DNA of 56,539 bases, filler included, from Sluysia triapertura (taxonomy: Eukaryota): NCBI GenBank assembly GCA_046118255.1. It is 5 parts of 5 records of this genome, joined end to end, with 100 filler letters (N's around TTAATTAATTAA, not from the genome) between each part and the next. Parts side by side here need not be neighbours in the genome. Positions count along the whole stretch, not along the records: positions 22,523 to 34,002 come from JBJNIA010184268.1; positions 34,103 to 45,668 come from JBJNIA010183346.1; 3 more parts are not named here. The stretch is one strand, 5' to 3'. The position numbers and the translations under genes are program-made. The notes under the pieces were generated by a model that had not been told where the DNA came from, did not search any database, and saw only the letters and a list, made by a program, of their open reading frames with translations. Positions 22,680 through 34,997 of the stretch are shown here, in pieces (within the stretch, counting starts at the first letter, position 1; each line of letters begins with the position of its first letter).

Positions 22680-22980
22680 TTTTAAAGATTTCATGAACGT
22701 TACAAGATTACTCAAAGTCCTAAAATGTCTATTAAGGTCTCAGAAAAATCTCAAGGAAACTTTAAAGTTTCAAAACGTTTTCTGAACACATCTCAAGCTT
22801 CCTCAATGGTCTTTGGAATTTCAAAGTAATCTTAAATTCTAAAAATGATCATCGATGCTTTCATCTTCATCATTATTTCTCCAGCTATATTTTAATATAC
22901 GTTATTTTGTATTAATTCTTCCTGAATCTCTCAACTCCAAATCTTCTTTACTCATCTCCAATTCATAGCTGAGCGATTCT
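22680..22980 (+). repeat. Dispersed repeat family B copy
   Basis: ttactcaaag..ttaaggtctc..ggtctttggaa..tgagcgattctaatatta matches 8210-8560. Confidence 0.65.
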
Positions 22981-24269
22981 AATATTACTATTATTATATA
23001 TTTTACAATTACTATTATTGTTGTGTTTTTAATTTTTAATATTTTTTAAATTAACAAGGACAATTATAAAAGACAATGAGTCTTAATTTCATTATATTAT
23101 AACCATATCACAATATATCGCAATCAAAATCAAATAGTGATTAAGTAACTATAATTTAGTCTTTTACGACAATTAATTATTTAAGAAAATAAAATATGAT
23201 ATTCAATTTCAGGGGTTACACAGCATTTATAAATGTTAGTAACCAGAATAAAATAAATAAATAATAAAAACTCAAGACTCAACTAACCACAAATAAGTTG
23301 GTGTTTTAATAAAATTTAGTCCGATTTCTAAAGAATTGTAAGATTTAGTTAGTGTTTGTACTACTGCATTGAAGCAGGCTTCTTACAGCAAAAGTTATAA
23401 TAATTTTCTTTTGTTCTGTTTGTGTCAAATGATAGAAAAATATGGTTCGTTATATAGTGGATAATTGATAAGAAGTCGGAAATTCGACTTAATTATTGTG
23501 CATGTCGGTTTTATGTCGACCACTTTTCTTAATCAAATTTGAATATAAATTTCCGTCGAATTTCTGTCTTAATATTATCTAGTTTTGTGGCATAATAAAA
23601 TTAAAATTTAAGATTATAGTTATTTTGTATATATTTTATATATTTTTTAGATAAGTACTAAGATTAGTTTTATAATTATAATTACTATTATTTCTAAGAT
23701 TTTTGTTATTATTTCCAGTTTATTCATTATTTATAATAAGGCTTGTTCTTCAGGAATAACATGTTTTGTTAATATTTTTATAAATTTGATGATTAATTTA
23801 AGTTACAATTATTTTTATAACATACATAAAATCAATATATTATTACTCTTGGTTTAATTTATTCTGCCTCTATAATTTTTATAAAAACTTTAAAAAATGT
23901 CATATATTTCAAAATTATTTAACTTCATATTTAAATTAAATTGTTTTTGAAACGTTGAAGTTGCATCATCATTGAATGATTATTATTATTATTTAGTAAA
24001 TACATATTTTCCGGTTAAATATATTCAACAAACATTTACCATATACCAATTATTTAAATCATTTGATTTTTTTCATTATATGTTATTATTTTATATTAAG
24101 CAAATAAAATATTTCCAAGTTAAAATAAATATGTATAATTTTAAAGGCATTTTAAAGCAGTTATTTCACCTTCGTGTTTTGTTAAACTTAGACATTTTAA
24201 TTATTAAAATTTTTGTAATGTTCAGCAATTTTTTTATCACGCTGAAATTTTATGTTTCATAGTTAAAGA

Positions 24270-24823
24270 ATGGGTATTCCATTGGATAACTTTGTTTCAG
24301 AAGTTGATGAAGAATTGATTTGTGCTATTTGTAAAAATGTTCTTGATAATCCAATTCAAGCTGCGATTTGTGAACACACCTTTTGTCATTTTTGTATTGT
24401 AGAATGGTTGAAATTTGATTCTTCTTGCCCAGTTGATAGAAATATTTTATCCAAATCAGACTTAAAACCTGTACCGAGAATTTTGCGAAATTTATTGAAT
24501 AAGTTAAATGTGTACTGTGATTTTAAAAGCGAAGGTTGCACTGAAATAGTTAAATTAGAATCTCTAGTTAATCATGTTAGAGAATGCGAATATAATCCTA
24601 CGAAACCAATATTTTGTTTTGAAGGCTGTGGAACAATTATTTCAAAAACTAATGAGGTACTTTTTGAATATAACTTATTTATGTTTAGCAAAACCATAGT
24701 TGCATTAAAGCTTTAAGAACAACTATAAAAGAACAAACAAAGACAATAGAATCGCTAGAACAAAAATATACTGATTTAAAATCAAAATATGATACAACTT
24801 TAGAAGAAGTGACTATTTTAAAA
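24270..24823 (+). CDS. RNF41: E3 ubiquitin ligase NRDP1/RNF41, exons 24270-24656 and 24689-24823; later exons not found
   Basis: VDEELICAIC..CEHTFCHFCIVEW....CPVDR..L....LKPVPRILRNLL RING plus TRAF-type zinc finger. Splicing a 32-nt GT-AG intron gives QNHSCIKALR..coiled coil..ILK followed by a GTATG donor, as in RNF41. Confidence 0.92.
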
Positions 24824-25635
24824 GTATGCTTTTTTTATAAATTCGAAAATTGAAGCTAACATAAATGTAAATTTGAAATTGATAATTTAAATTTATCAAT
24901 TTTTTGTTGGAGTGACTTTTCTTTAATGAGTTGTACAGTTTTAAAATATGAAATATTTAAAAAAACATAAGTTTAGATTTCTCAACATATTTTAAAGTAA
25001 GTAGTGATTTAAATGTAAATTCAATTTAATTTATACTTAAAATCTCAAAAACTGATTTCAAATAAGTAGTGTGGTTTTTGTTGAAAATTAGTTATTGAGA
25101 ATAGTAAAAGATTTACATTAAATTAATTTAAAATTTACTTGAAAATATGCTGTACCTCAAAAGTTCATTCAAGCGTTCTGGTGGCTGAGATTTGTTAATC
25201 CATGTACCAAATCGAAATAATAGGTAATAATATAAACAGTTGGATTATATTATTTTTGATTTTTAAAGCTTTATCTTATTTAAAATGTGGGTTCTTCAAG
25301 AACTATTTTAATTAATTTTATTAATTGCTTTTTTTATAAATTTGTTAAAATATCAAAATAACCTAATGTCATTTATATTATGACAGTTTTTTTGGTTCGA
25401 GTGGTTTGATAAAGAAAGTATCGATTACGATTTGTATAAATTGTACAACTTAAATTTAGGAATAATCGTGGAAATATAGGCCTTTAAGTAAAGTTTATAA
25501 TCAATTCAGTATTTGATGTTAAATAAAATTGATAAAAATATTGAAAAATGAAATCAGTGGTTTTTATATAGGTAGAAGCTAATTTAAAAATATTGCACAC
25601 TAATTAATCCTATTGATCAAGCATTAATAATTCTA

Positions 25636-26101
25636 TTGGGTTGGTGCATAAATTTATTCGGTTTTATGTGTTACAAAGAAAACACACCAACTTATTGTTT
25701 TAACTGATTTGAGTTATATTCAACTATTTAAATCATTTTAGACTAACTTTCACTTTCATAACCCTCATTAAAATGGAATGTGAGGTAGATAAAAATGAAT
25801 ATTTCCAGCATCTACTCCTTGCCTACAGATTTTCATCTTTTCCGCTCCATCTTTTTGGTCTCACATTTGAAAGCGAAGAAGCAATAACCAAAAATCACCA
25901 AGCTTCTTCAAACGTGGGATTGACAAACTGCCATAATGGTGGAATGAAGTGATCGATTGTGATGTATAACATTTCATCGATTGAGACTGAGATATTTTGT
26001 TATTTGGTATGTTTTTTTGCATGGTTTTGCATGGTTTTGCATGGTTTTGCATGAATTTTTCATAATTGTAAAAAACCGCACGAACTTATGCACTAATCCT
26101 A
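25636..26101 (+). mobile_element. Internally deleted mariner with both terminal inverted repeats and TA flanks
   Basis: TA|TTGGGTTGGTGCATAA...TTATGCACTAATCCTA|TA; keeps the N-terminal MECEVDKNEYFQHLLL and C-terminal GIDKLP*WWNEVIDCD. Confidence 0.88.
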
Positions 26102-26745
26102 TATAATGGATAAAGGTTCTGCCCATGTTTTGGTATATACTGCTTGAATATATCCAAATGTCAAACTACAAAACTATTATTATTAAGGCTGGGACTTTGA
26201 AGGATTTTACTGCACTACTGAATGATTTAATAATAATGTATTGAGTTAAATATAATATAATAAAAACAAGAATGAAATTACAACATAATGTTATAAATTT
26301 CGATGGCTTTTTAATAAAATAAAGGTGGAACCAGATGTATATTATATTATATAATGAAACACCTACGAACAACTATTATTCCAAAATGAGACATGTTTTG
26401 TATTTTAAAACATTGACTTCCCAATTAGAAATTTATTGTGAATATTCTACAATTTTATTCAAAAAGAAGGATAATGAAAATTTATGATTTTTACGACCAT
26501 TATGATGTCATTTATTTATCGATCATGTTCATAAATCAAAAATCGGTGCAGGAAATTTTTCCGGTGAACCGGGAACATCCATAATTATTATTATTACTAA
26601 TATTACTATTATTTATACTGCTACTAGTAATACTATTACTAATACTACTATTATTATTAGTTTTATTGCTGTTTCTGCTTCTTTTATTAATATTGCTATT
26701 ATTAATATTAAATATAATTATAATTTTGAAGAATAAATATTTATA

Positions 26746-28530
26746 TTAAATGTCTCTTTTACCTTGAGCAGTTATAATATCCCAATATAAATTATTTTTA
26801 AATATTGCTATCATATTAAATGGCAAAGAATTATTTTTCGAAATAATTTTCCAGTTTAATTTATCTTTAAATTCTTGCATAAAGCATTCACTAAAATTGA
26901 TCTTCTTAGAAACGTATTTCCAGTTTACCTTATCGGGAAATTTTCTAATCAAATCTTCATTTAATATTTGATATTTTGAAACTAAATCCCAGTTTAATTT
27001 ATTGTGATATTGTATTATGCATTCTTCATTTAATACTTGATATTTGGATATTAAATCCCAGTTTAATTTATTTTCATATTTTATTATTTGTTCATCATTT
27101 AATATTTGATATTTTGAAACTAAATCCCAATTCAAATAATGGCTGTATTTGGTTAATAAATCTCTAGATAAAATATGTGCTTTAACTAATTCATCCCAAT
27201 CGATATTATGCTGAAATTCATGGACAAATTCTGTGGAAGTATGATAGAAATTTTGCGATATATATTTCCAGTGAAGTTTATATTGATATTTTCTAATGAA
27301 ATTTCTGCATAAAAGTCGTTTACTAATTAATTTCCAATTTAATTTATCACTAAATTCGCTTAATAATGTTTTACTTAATGCTTGTGAATTACTTATGCAT
27401 TTCCAATCAACTTTATTTTGAAATTCGCGAATGAAATCTTCTGTTAATTGTTGTTTGCAAACTAATGACCAATTGATTTTATTTTGATATTGACGAATAA
27501 AGGACAATGATAAATGATAGCCAATCAAATTCCAGTTGATATAGTGACGATAATATTCGATTTGTTTTTCATTTAATTTTATATTACGGTTTATTTTGTG
27601 CCAGTTTTGTTGAATTTCGATTGTATCACTTAACGGTATTACTGATCCAGTGTAATTTAACCATTGTTGTGCATTACAATTCGGTAAATTATATATGAAA
27701 TTCCAATTGAATTTCCGTCGAAATCGTTTAATAAATCGTTTACTTAACACTTGATACATACTTAAATAATGCCAGTTCAGTTTATGTTTAAATTTTGACA
27801 TAAAACGCGTACTTAAACGTTGAGTTCGACTAATTATATCGAAATTTATTTTATCGGCAAATAGTATCATGAAATCTTCTGTTAATGTTTGGTGTAAACA
27901 AACATTTTCCCAATCTAATTTCTCATGAAATATAGTCATCAATTTCGTTGTTAAACGCTGATATTTACAAATAGTCGACCAATTGAATCGATCGTGGTGC
28001 TTGTATAATAAACTTGTCGGTAAAATCTTATTTTCACTTAAAATATTCCAATTGATTTTGTGTGAATATTGCAAAATGAATGTGGTATTTATATTATCCC
28101 AACGACTTACTAAATTCCAATTGAAATCGTTTTGAAAACTTTTAATGATTTTATAAATGGGTTTCATATGAGTATTAGATAAAAACGACCATAATTCTTC
28201 GTTATTACTTAACTTATCCCAATTTAAATTGCTTCTATTTCGTTTAATGAATTTCAATGATAAATTGGTAATATTTGATATAAATTGCCAATTTGTTTCT
28301 TGTACTTCTACTAGGTCTACTTTCATTATTGTACGGCAATAAGCACATTGGGGTTTTTTCTTCGATTCAATCCATTTATCGGCACATTTTTGGCAATAAT
28401 AATGACCACAACTGCTAACAGTGTCCACAAATGACAAGTGTATACAACATTCATCTGGTTTATCGGTTTTATTCAATTGTATTCGTGGTTTAATAACTGT
28501 ATATGTACAGACTTTATCTAAATAATTCAT
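26746..28530 (-). CDS. RING-finger plus tryptophan-repeat (~22-aa LNW..IS.YQ.L.E.FI) protein, intronless
   Basis: Intact 594-aa ORF. N-terminal CCIH...SCGHYYCQKC..KW......CAYCR, then roughly 20 repeats with (L/I/V)(N/D)W. Confidence 0.9.
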   Translation of the reverse strand: MNYLDKVCTYTVIKPRIQLNKTDKPDECCIHLSFVDTVSSCGHYYCQKCADKWIESKKKPQCAYCRTIMKVDLVEVQETNWQFISNITNLSLKFIKRNRSNLNWDKLSNNEELWSFLSNTHMKPIYKIIKSFQNDFNWNLVSRWDNINTTFILQYSHKINWNILSENKILPTSLLYKHHDRFNWSTICKYQRLTTKLMTIFHEKLDWENVCLHQTLTEDFMILFADKINFDIISRTQRLSTRFMSKFKHKLNWHYLSMYQVLSKRFIKRFRRKFNWNFIYNLPNCNAQQWLNYTGSVIPLSDTIEIQQNWHKINRNIKLNEKQIEYYRHYINWNLIGYHLSLSFIRQYQNKINWSLVCKQQLTEDFIREFQNKVDWKCISNSQALSKTLLSEFSDKLNWKLISKRLLCRNFIRKYQYKLHWKYISQNFYHTSTEFVHEFQHNIDWDELVKAHILSRDLLTKYSHYLNWDLVSKYQILNDEQIIKYENKLNWDLISKYQVLNEECIIQYHNKLNWDLVSKYQILNEDLIRKFPDKVNWKYVSKKINFSECFMQEFKDKLNWKIISKNNSLPFNMIAIFKNNLYWDIITAQGKRDI

Positions 28531-28697
28531 ACTGAAAGTTATTTAAACAATTATGAAAAGTTATTAAAATCATTTATTGTAACTTAAATATTATTAATTT
28601 TCATGTCAATCCCTTCATTTATTAATTTAATTACACTTCATCGAAATTGTAATACTAATACAATTAATCTTTTCCTTATTTTGTGTAATAGCATTTA

Positions 28698-28723
28698 ACA
28701 ACAACAACAACAACAACAACAAC

Positions 28724-28754
<31 letters not shown>
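28698..28754. repeat. (AAC)n(AAT)n microsatellite
   Basis: Direct reading. Confidence 0.95.
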
Positions 28755-28756
<2 letters not shown>

Positions 28757-31699
28757 GTCTGAACAATATGAATACTATCTACGTAGTTTTATCACTTATC
28801 CCATCAGTATTTTATTAGATATATTGTTTCTTAAAATTTAAACAAACAACAAAAACTAAGCATCTAAAGATTTATGTAAAGGTTATAAAAATTGTCAGTG
28901 GACATATTTAACTTAAGAGATGTATTATTATTGGACTTGCAGAAAAATCAAATGTACATAAAAAGATGTGTAGATTTTTTTACAAACAAGTATATCTTTT
29001 TAATGTTCAATTGTATAGCTTCAGATTGACACTTTAACAGTACATTTCCTTACCTAAATTCAGGTAAATCAATACTTGGCCCTAAAAGAGACGAAATAAT
29101 GACATAAAAAATATATTGATTATTTGCTTAAGCAATTTATTGAAATATATTGGATTGTATTTATTTGATTTTTATCAGTGTGGCTTAGAATAAGTTTAAC
29201 CTAAAAGCAACTACGAAGAAGTCCACTGAATCTATAGCAATTTATTCGTGCTTTTAACATAAACAACAGTTTATTTAATCTTCATTTGACAAGCTTATTT
29301 ATTATGAATTAATGTATCAACATTTTCGAATAGTAAGAAATTTGTTGTTTTTAATTAAATTAAACAATGATTAAATATATCGTAATAACATTTTCTTACA
29401 GCTTCATTTTACGTGAATTAAATAATAAGGATTAGTTTAATTCAATGATTATTTTAACAATTAATATTTTAATTTCGTATTATTTTCTATTTTTATATTA
29501 TTGCGGCTAAATTTCATAATTAAATAGCACATCTTTTAAGATGTAAATTATTTTATGATTAATAATAGTTCATTTAAGAATGCCTGAAACTTCTTCGTCT
29601 TAATATTTTCCAAGTAATCAAAATACCAATCATTTTTATTCAAATTATTATTTACTTTAACTTTACATGTAATTATTTTTTGACCATAATTTAGCTCTAG
29701 TGGAGCTATCAAAATACAATAAAGTACAATAAAATAAAATACAAAAATCAAACTAGTGATAATAGGAAGATAATAAAACAATAATAGTAATTTCGATAAA
29801 TTTTAGTTTCTGTTTTTGTATTATGATTATTGTTCACTGTAGTTGTGAAGATTGTTCTGTTTTATTTATGCTATTTGTTGGTTTGATATTTTGTGAGATT
29901 GTGTTGAAGTTTGTTTAAGATTTTGTTTATGAGAAATGCGTTGGTTTATGTTGATGTTTGTCTATGATTAAGTTTTAATTAGACGCTCACCACAATGTGA
30001 ATATACTATTTATTTGGTAGTTAGATAATAGCACGTTTATATTTATTTCTCTAGGTTTAGTTTATGGAGTCAAAGGTTGGCTCCAAAGAAATATTTAGAT
30101 TTTCTAATTAATTAAAATAATCATACCAAAAAATATTTATTTAATTTTAATAAATATTAAAAATTAACTTTCGATTTTACAATTTTATTTTGAGAAAATT
30201 ATCAATATTAATATTAAGATTTTTTAATGAAACTAATTTAAATTTTATATATATACATTGAATATTTATGGCAATATCCAAGCATGCCTGAGTTATGTGC
30301 ATGGATTATTAAAATAACAAATTTTTTTCAATTTTTGTCGGAATATAAAATTAAATTAGTATCGAAAAAGTTGGAAGTGATAAAAGATGTCTTCAAAAAG
30401 TAAGAATTAAGTTTAAAGTTAGTGAAAGTTGTAATATTTCAGTTATAGAAAACAGTAATACTAATTACAGTAGACAGTAAAGGGATCAGTAGAAAATGGT
30501 CCATCATCTCAAGAATATAACTTCAAAAATATTGTAATTCGCTAATAAATATAGTAATTATACTACGAATGAGTAGTTTAATCTTATTTTCTGATGTTTT
30601 CCAGATGGAAAATATTGGCTAGGATATTTAAAAGAATTAGAAAAGTAGAAGCAATCTCGAAAACTGAAGGTCTATCATTTTGGACACACTTTGATGTGAT
30701 AACAACAGTTACTCAAAATGTATTGAAATGAGATAAATTTTTGTGATAAAACCTTGACCTGTGGCAAGACAACTACTGATCATGAATTAAAGCTAATTTG
30801 ATATTAAACATAGTTGCTTCTGGAAATCTCACTAAACGTATTTAGCCACCCAAATAAGCGTATCTCAGACTTATTGAGAATATATATAGTCAATTATTAA
30901 AATACATGTTCTTTGGATAATTTTCTGAAACACCTTAATCGAAAATTACGTAATTTTGAATCAGTAGGATTCTTTACATGTTTTTGTTTTCCTCTTATGA
31001 TATTAATTTAATAGAAACTGAAAGTAATATATATTTTTCAGTAGGATTATAATGAATAATTTTCTTTACTGAATAATACGTAAAACTAAAATTCAATCTA
31101 ATATTTGAATTAATGACACATTGAGTTTTTCTGTGTTGAGCTTCATTAACTTTCTATACTTATGGATGTTTTGATGATTCATTAAAGGACAAATGTTAAT
31201 CATGTTTAGAACAAGAAATTAAATTATGTGATAAATGGTTTTATTTAGGGAAAAATTTCCAGATCAATTGTGCCAGTAGATCCTTTAAAACGCGATTTTC
31301 AGGAATTCGAAGAGAAAGGGTTGATTGTTGAAAACAATGTTTTCATACGCGATAACAAACAAATTCAAAAATACCATAGTAATTCGAAAGTAAGATTATC
31401 AGAATCACATGATATGTTCGAGATCATCGTATAACATTATTATGTCATAAATATATTATTTATACAATGTCCTAAGAAAAATGATATAACTGCATATATG
31501 AATATCTGAGTAAAGGCATGTCTGACAAGCGAATTAAAAAGACCAATAAATGATATATGCTGTCTGTTTTGTAAATTCTTTAATCGATTTTACAATATTC
31601 TATGCACACTGGCTTTATGTTCGTTTTTCCCGTAAGCCTAGATAAATTTCAGCAGACAGTCAATTCGTGACTAAGGAATATTAATCCATGTTTATAAAA

Positions 31700-31980
31700 T
31701 AAACAAAAGAGGTTCCTTTTGTCGTGTATGAAAATGAAAATAGACACATCTTAAGCAAATTTCAGAATAATAGATTTACATTATCTATTAAGCGATCAAT
31801 TTCAAGATTTTAGTATTTTTGGTAGATCGTTTGAAAAAGATGTTACTTCATTTCTAGATATGAAAACTAATGATGTAGTAGAAAAGAAACTTTCGTCTCG
31901 TCTGGAACTGGGACGAATATTTATGAGATATCATGTAAGTTCGAAATTTTACGAAATAACTCAGGTTAGACCGTCAAGAG
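31700..31980 (+). pseudogene. Possible Penelope-like reverse transcriptase fragment
   Basis: FEKDVTSFLDMK followed by RKET..GTG.NI resembles the E...LPFLD..YRKPT.TG region; heavily decayed. Confidence 0.3.
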
Positions 31981-32178
31981 GTTAAATTTTTAAAGCCATA
32001 CATTAATTACAACAGGGTATATACATTGTCGAATATTTAATTTTATATATATTTAATGTTAGGTTGATTATTGCTGTAAAGTTTCATATTTTAATTGTTA
32101 AATTCAGGATATCGTTAGAAATATAACGTCAAATTTGTACCTTTCTTCTGATATATTCAATGAAGAAGAAATGTTTCG

Positions 32179-32179
<1 letters not shown>

Positions 32180-32244
<65 letters not shown>
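32180..32244. repeat. (TTA)n microsatellite
   Basis: Direct reading. Confidence 0.95.
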
Positions 32245-32655
32245 GTGGGTGATTTTTTATTTCTAACGTGTTCTAAAGTAGCCACATTGTTGATGTTCGG
32301 GTTTAAACTTCCAATATAAAATAAGTATCAGATAAATATATTAATACAAAATATACTAATTCAGTCAGGACAATGGTAAAATGAATGCTTTATATGTTCT
32401 TCACAATTAGTTTCTTGATGGACACATTTTTACATCCCATACTTTTTTTGATACTGAATAATACATTGATCTTATTAACTATTTAACGGCACAAAACATA
32501 AGCATTGTATATTGATAGATCAATTATATTTGAAAAAAGAATTTATCTAAATTATTTGGTGCTTCTTTTGTATCATAATATAAAATTATTTCGCCATGTA
32601 AGATGTGATAGTTGCATTGCTCGCGTATTGAGATACTAATTTTATAGTTTTTTTT

Positions 32656-33660
32656 ATATAATTTAATCCTCTTGTCAAATAATTTAGGCTTTTTGTCATA
32701 TAACTTAATCTTTTTTGAAATTAATTAATTAATTGTAATTGTAATGCTTGTATATTATTCAATAAAATAAAAAACTCCAAAATAAGCGAACATTCACACT
32801 TCTTAATAAATTTACAATAAAAGGGCTAATTGTCAATTGCTCTGATTGCCAAACTTGATGGTATTATTTTCAATTTCAATTTGCAGATTTTATGATATTT
32901 TCCCTTTTCGAATACTTTTTCAATTGGATTAAGTTGTGCAGAATACGGTGGATTAAATTTTCATAATTATTAATGACACATCAGGGTTATTGAAATAGCT
33001 GTTGTTTATAATTTAAATATAATTTAATCGTTTAATAAATACGAGAAGAAAGTATATTGCATGGACTTTATTTAAAATTCAATATAGACACCATCATTCG
33101 CCACGAGTTTCTCAAGTCGACCAGGAATCACATCAATTGATTTCATAAGAAACTCTTGTGAGATGAATACCATAACTTCATGTTTTCTCCCTTCAAGTTC
33201 TTCCAAATTTCTTGGTTTGGTTGAGTAGACTTGCTCTCTCAACCAAACCCAGAGAAAAAAGTCAGGACTTCTGACCCATCCATCTTTCAGGAAATTTATC
33301 ATTCAGCCGCTCACGAACAATGACAGCAAAGTGCGGAGGAGCTTAATGGTTATTCACCATCTTTGCACTTGAACAATTGATTTCCAAACTTCGTAACGTG
33401 CAGCTATCTGGGTGTAAGACGATCAATCATTTTTGTAGGATTTTGAGATTTCAAACAAATTCATAAAACAGATCTAAAAAGAAAACGAGAGCGTAGATGA
33501 AATTGTCATACATTAAGTTGAGAAATATATTACGGCATTTGAATTATATTGTAGGTATTTTAAAATAGGGAGATGTGATTTATGTATAGGTGCATTATTC
33601 ATAATGATGATTGTATTTGTTATAATGCTTAAATTATTTGACAAGAGAATTAAATTGTAT
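32656..33660 (-). mobile_element. Internally deleted Tc1/mariner-superfamily element flanked by 34-nt inverted repeats
   Basis: APPHFAVIVRERLNDKFPERWMG and RSPDFFLW.WLREQVYSTKPRNLEELE (33072-33345). Inverted repeats at 32656-32689 and 33627-33660 have 3 mismatches. Confidence 0.8.
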
Positions 33661-33925
33661 GAAAAACGTTAATTCATGCTTGTTTTCCTGATTATCACAT
33701 GACCTTTTATTCTTTTCGAAAGAAAAGACAATATGAATTTTCAAAATCACAGAAAATTATATTATATTATATCAGTGATTCTCTGGATGTAGCAATCAAG
33801 TTAATTTTAATAAATCATTCAATGACCATATCTTTCGTAAATTAGTAAAATTAATATTTTATATGTAGTGTGTACTAGAAGAAGTTAGGAAGTAATTTGA
33901 ATGATATGTGGATCATTATGCAAGT

Positions 33926-33926
<1 letters not shown>

Positions 33927-33984
<58 letters not shown>

Positions 33985-34002
33985 TGATGATGATGATGAT
34001 GA
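33927..34002. repeat. (AAT)n(GAT)n microsatellite
   Basis: Direct reading; at contig end. Confidence 0.95.
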
Positions 34003-34102
34003 NNNNNNNNNNNNNNNNNNNNNNNNNNNNNNNNNNNNNNNNNNNNTTAATTAATTAANNNNNNNNNNNNNNNNNNNNNNNNNNNNNNNNNNNNNNNNNN
34101 NN
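34003..34102. other. Artificial contig linker
   Basis: Same pattern; the preceding contig ends in (AAT)n/(GAT)n. Confidence 0.98.
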
Positions 34103-34997
34103 GATCTGTTATTGTAATGCAAGTTCTTAACATACATTTTTTGGCTTAATCTCTTGGATACAATTATTTTATTTACTATGCCTAAAGTGGTTAAATGTTG
34201 GGATTTTGTAAGCTTATTATGTTATAATTATTGTGCAGCATTTTCGATAACAATAGGTGTAATTTTGATTCTAATGTTGTATGATAAAGAATAAATTATT
34301 TTGAGTGAATTTTTAATGAAGAATGGTTTTGACCGAAAAGAAGGTTTGGACAATGAAAACTTGTGAATTGAAATATATCGGTGGTCTTATTACATTCTAA
34401 AGGCAGTTATACGTCGTTGACAAATATCCTTAAGATTGTACTGTTATGTAACCATGATTGAAATGTTTTTTATAAACTTTTTAATTATAGGTTAATTCTG
34501 AAAGTGAATGTGACTCCTTGTGGTTAGACCATGACTTTGAGATGTTTTCACTTATTTTGAAGGTGTAATTGTAATTCTGATGTTGTGAAATAATGAATGA
34601 AATGTTTTAACTGGGTTTTAATGTGCATTAATGGTCTGAACTTTAATGTAATTTTAATGTTGTAAAGTATGAATTGGAAATGTTTTGAGAAGTTGTGATA
34701 AGGTTTTGTTTAAAGTAAAGGGGACAAAATATGAAAAAGTTTAGATGTAAAAGTAGTTGAAATGTTATGCAATGTAGTTTTATATGGAATTTGTAACATT
34801 AAATTTTTTTACAGGTTTCTATTAATTTTTTGAAGTAATGTTTAGTAGTTTCTGATGTTGAGTATTATTTAGATAATATAGAATCTTGTATCTGAAATGT
34901 TTGAAAGTTAAGAAATTGTGAAATATTGTAAAGAGTGATTTTGTAATATCAAGAAAATTAAATAAAATTTGTTAAGAATTATAGGTTGGCCCCCACA
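34103..34997 (-). mobile_element. LTR-like family A copy (long type)
   Basis: Minus strand starts TGTGGGGGCCAACCT; the G/T-rich body matches the reverse complement of 40860-41100. Confidence 0.6.

Noticed and set aside
24657-24716. C-terminal VLFEYNLFMFSKTIVALKL of the 148-aa track ORF
   Set aside because: Read-through of the 32-nt intron; the spliced frame matches RNF41
26019-26053. (GCATGGTTTT)x3 tandem repeat and ORF 25861..26052
   Set aside because: Local slippage inside the mariner 3' region; the ORF is spurious
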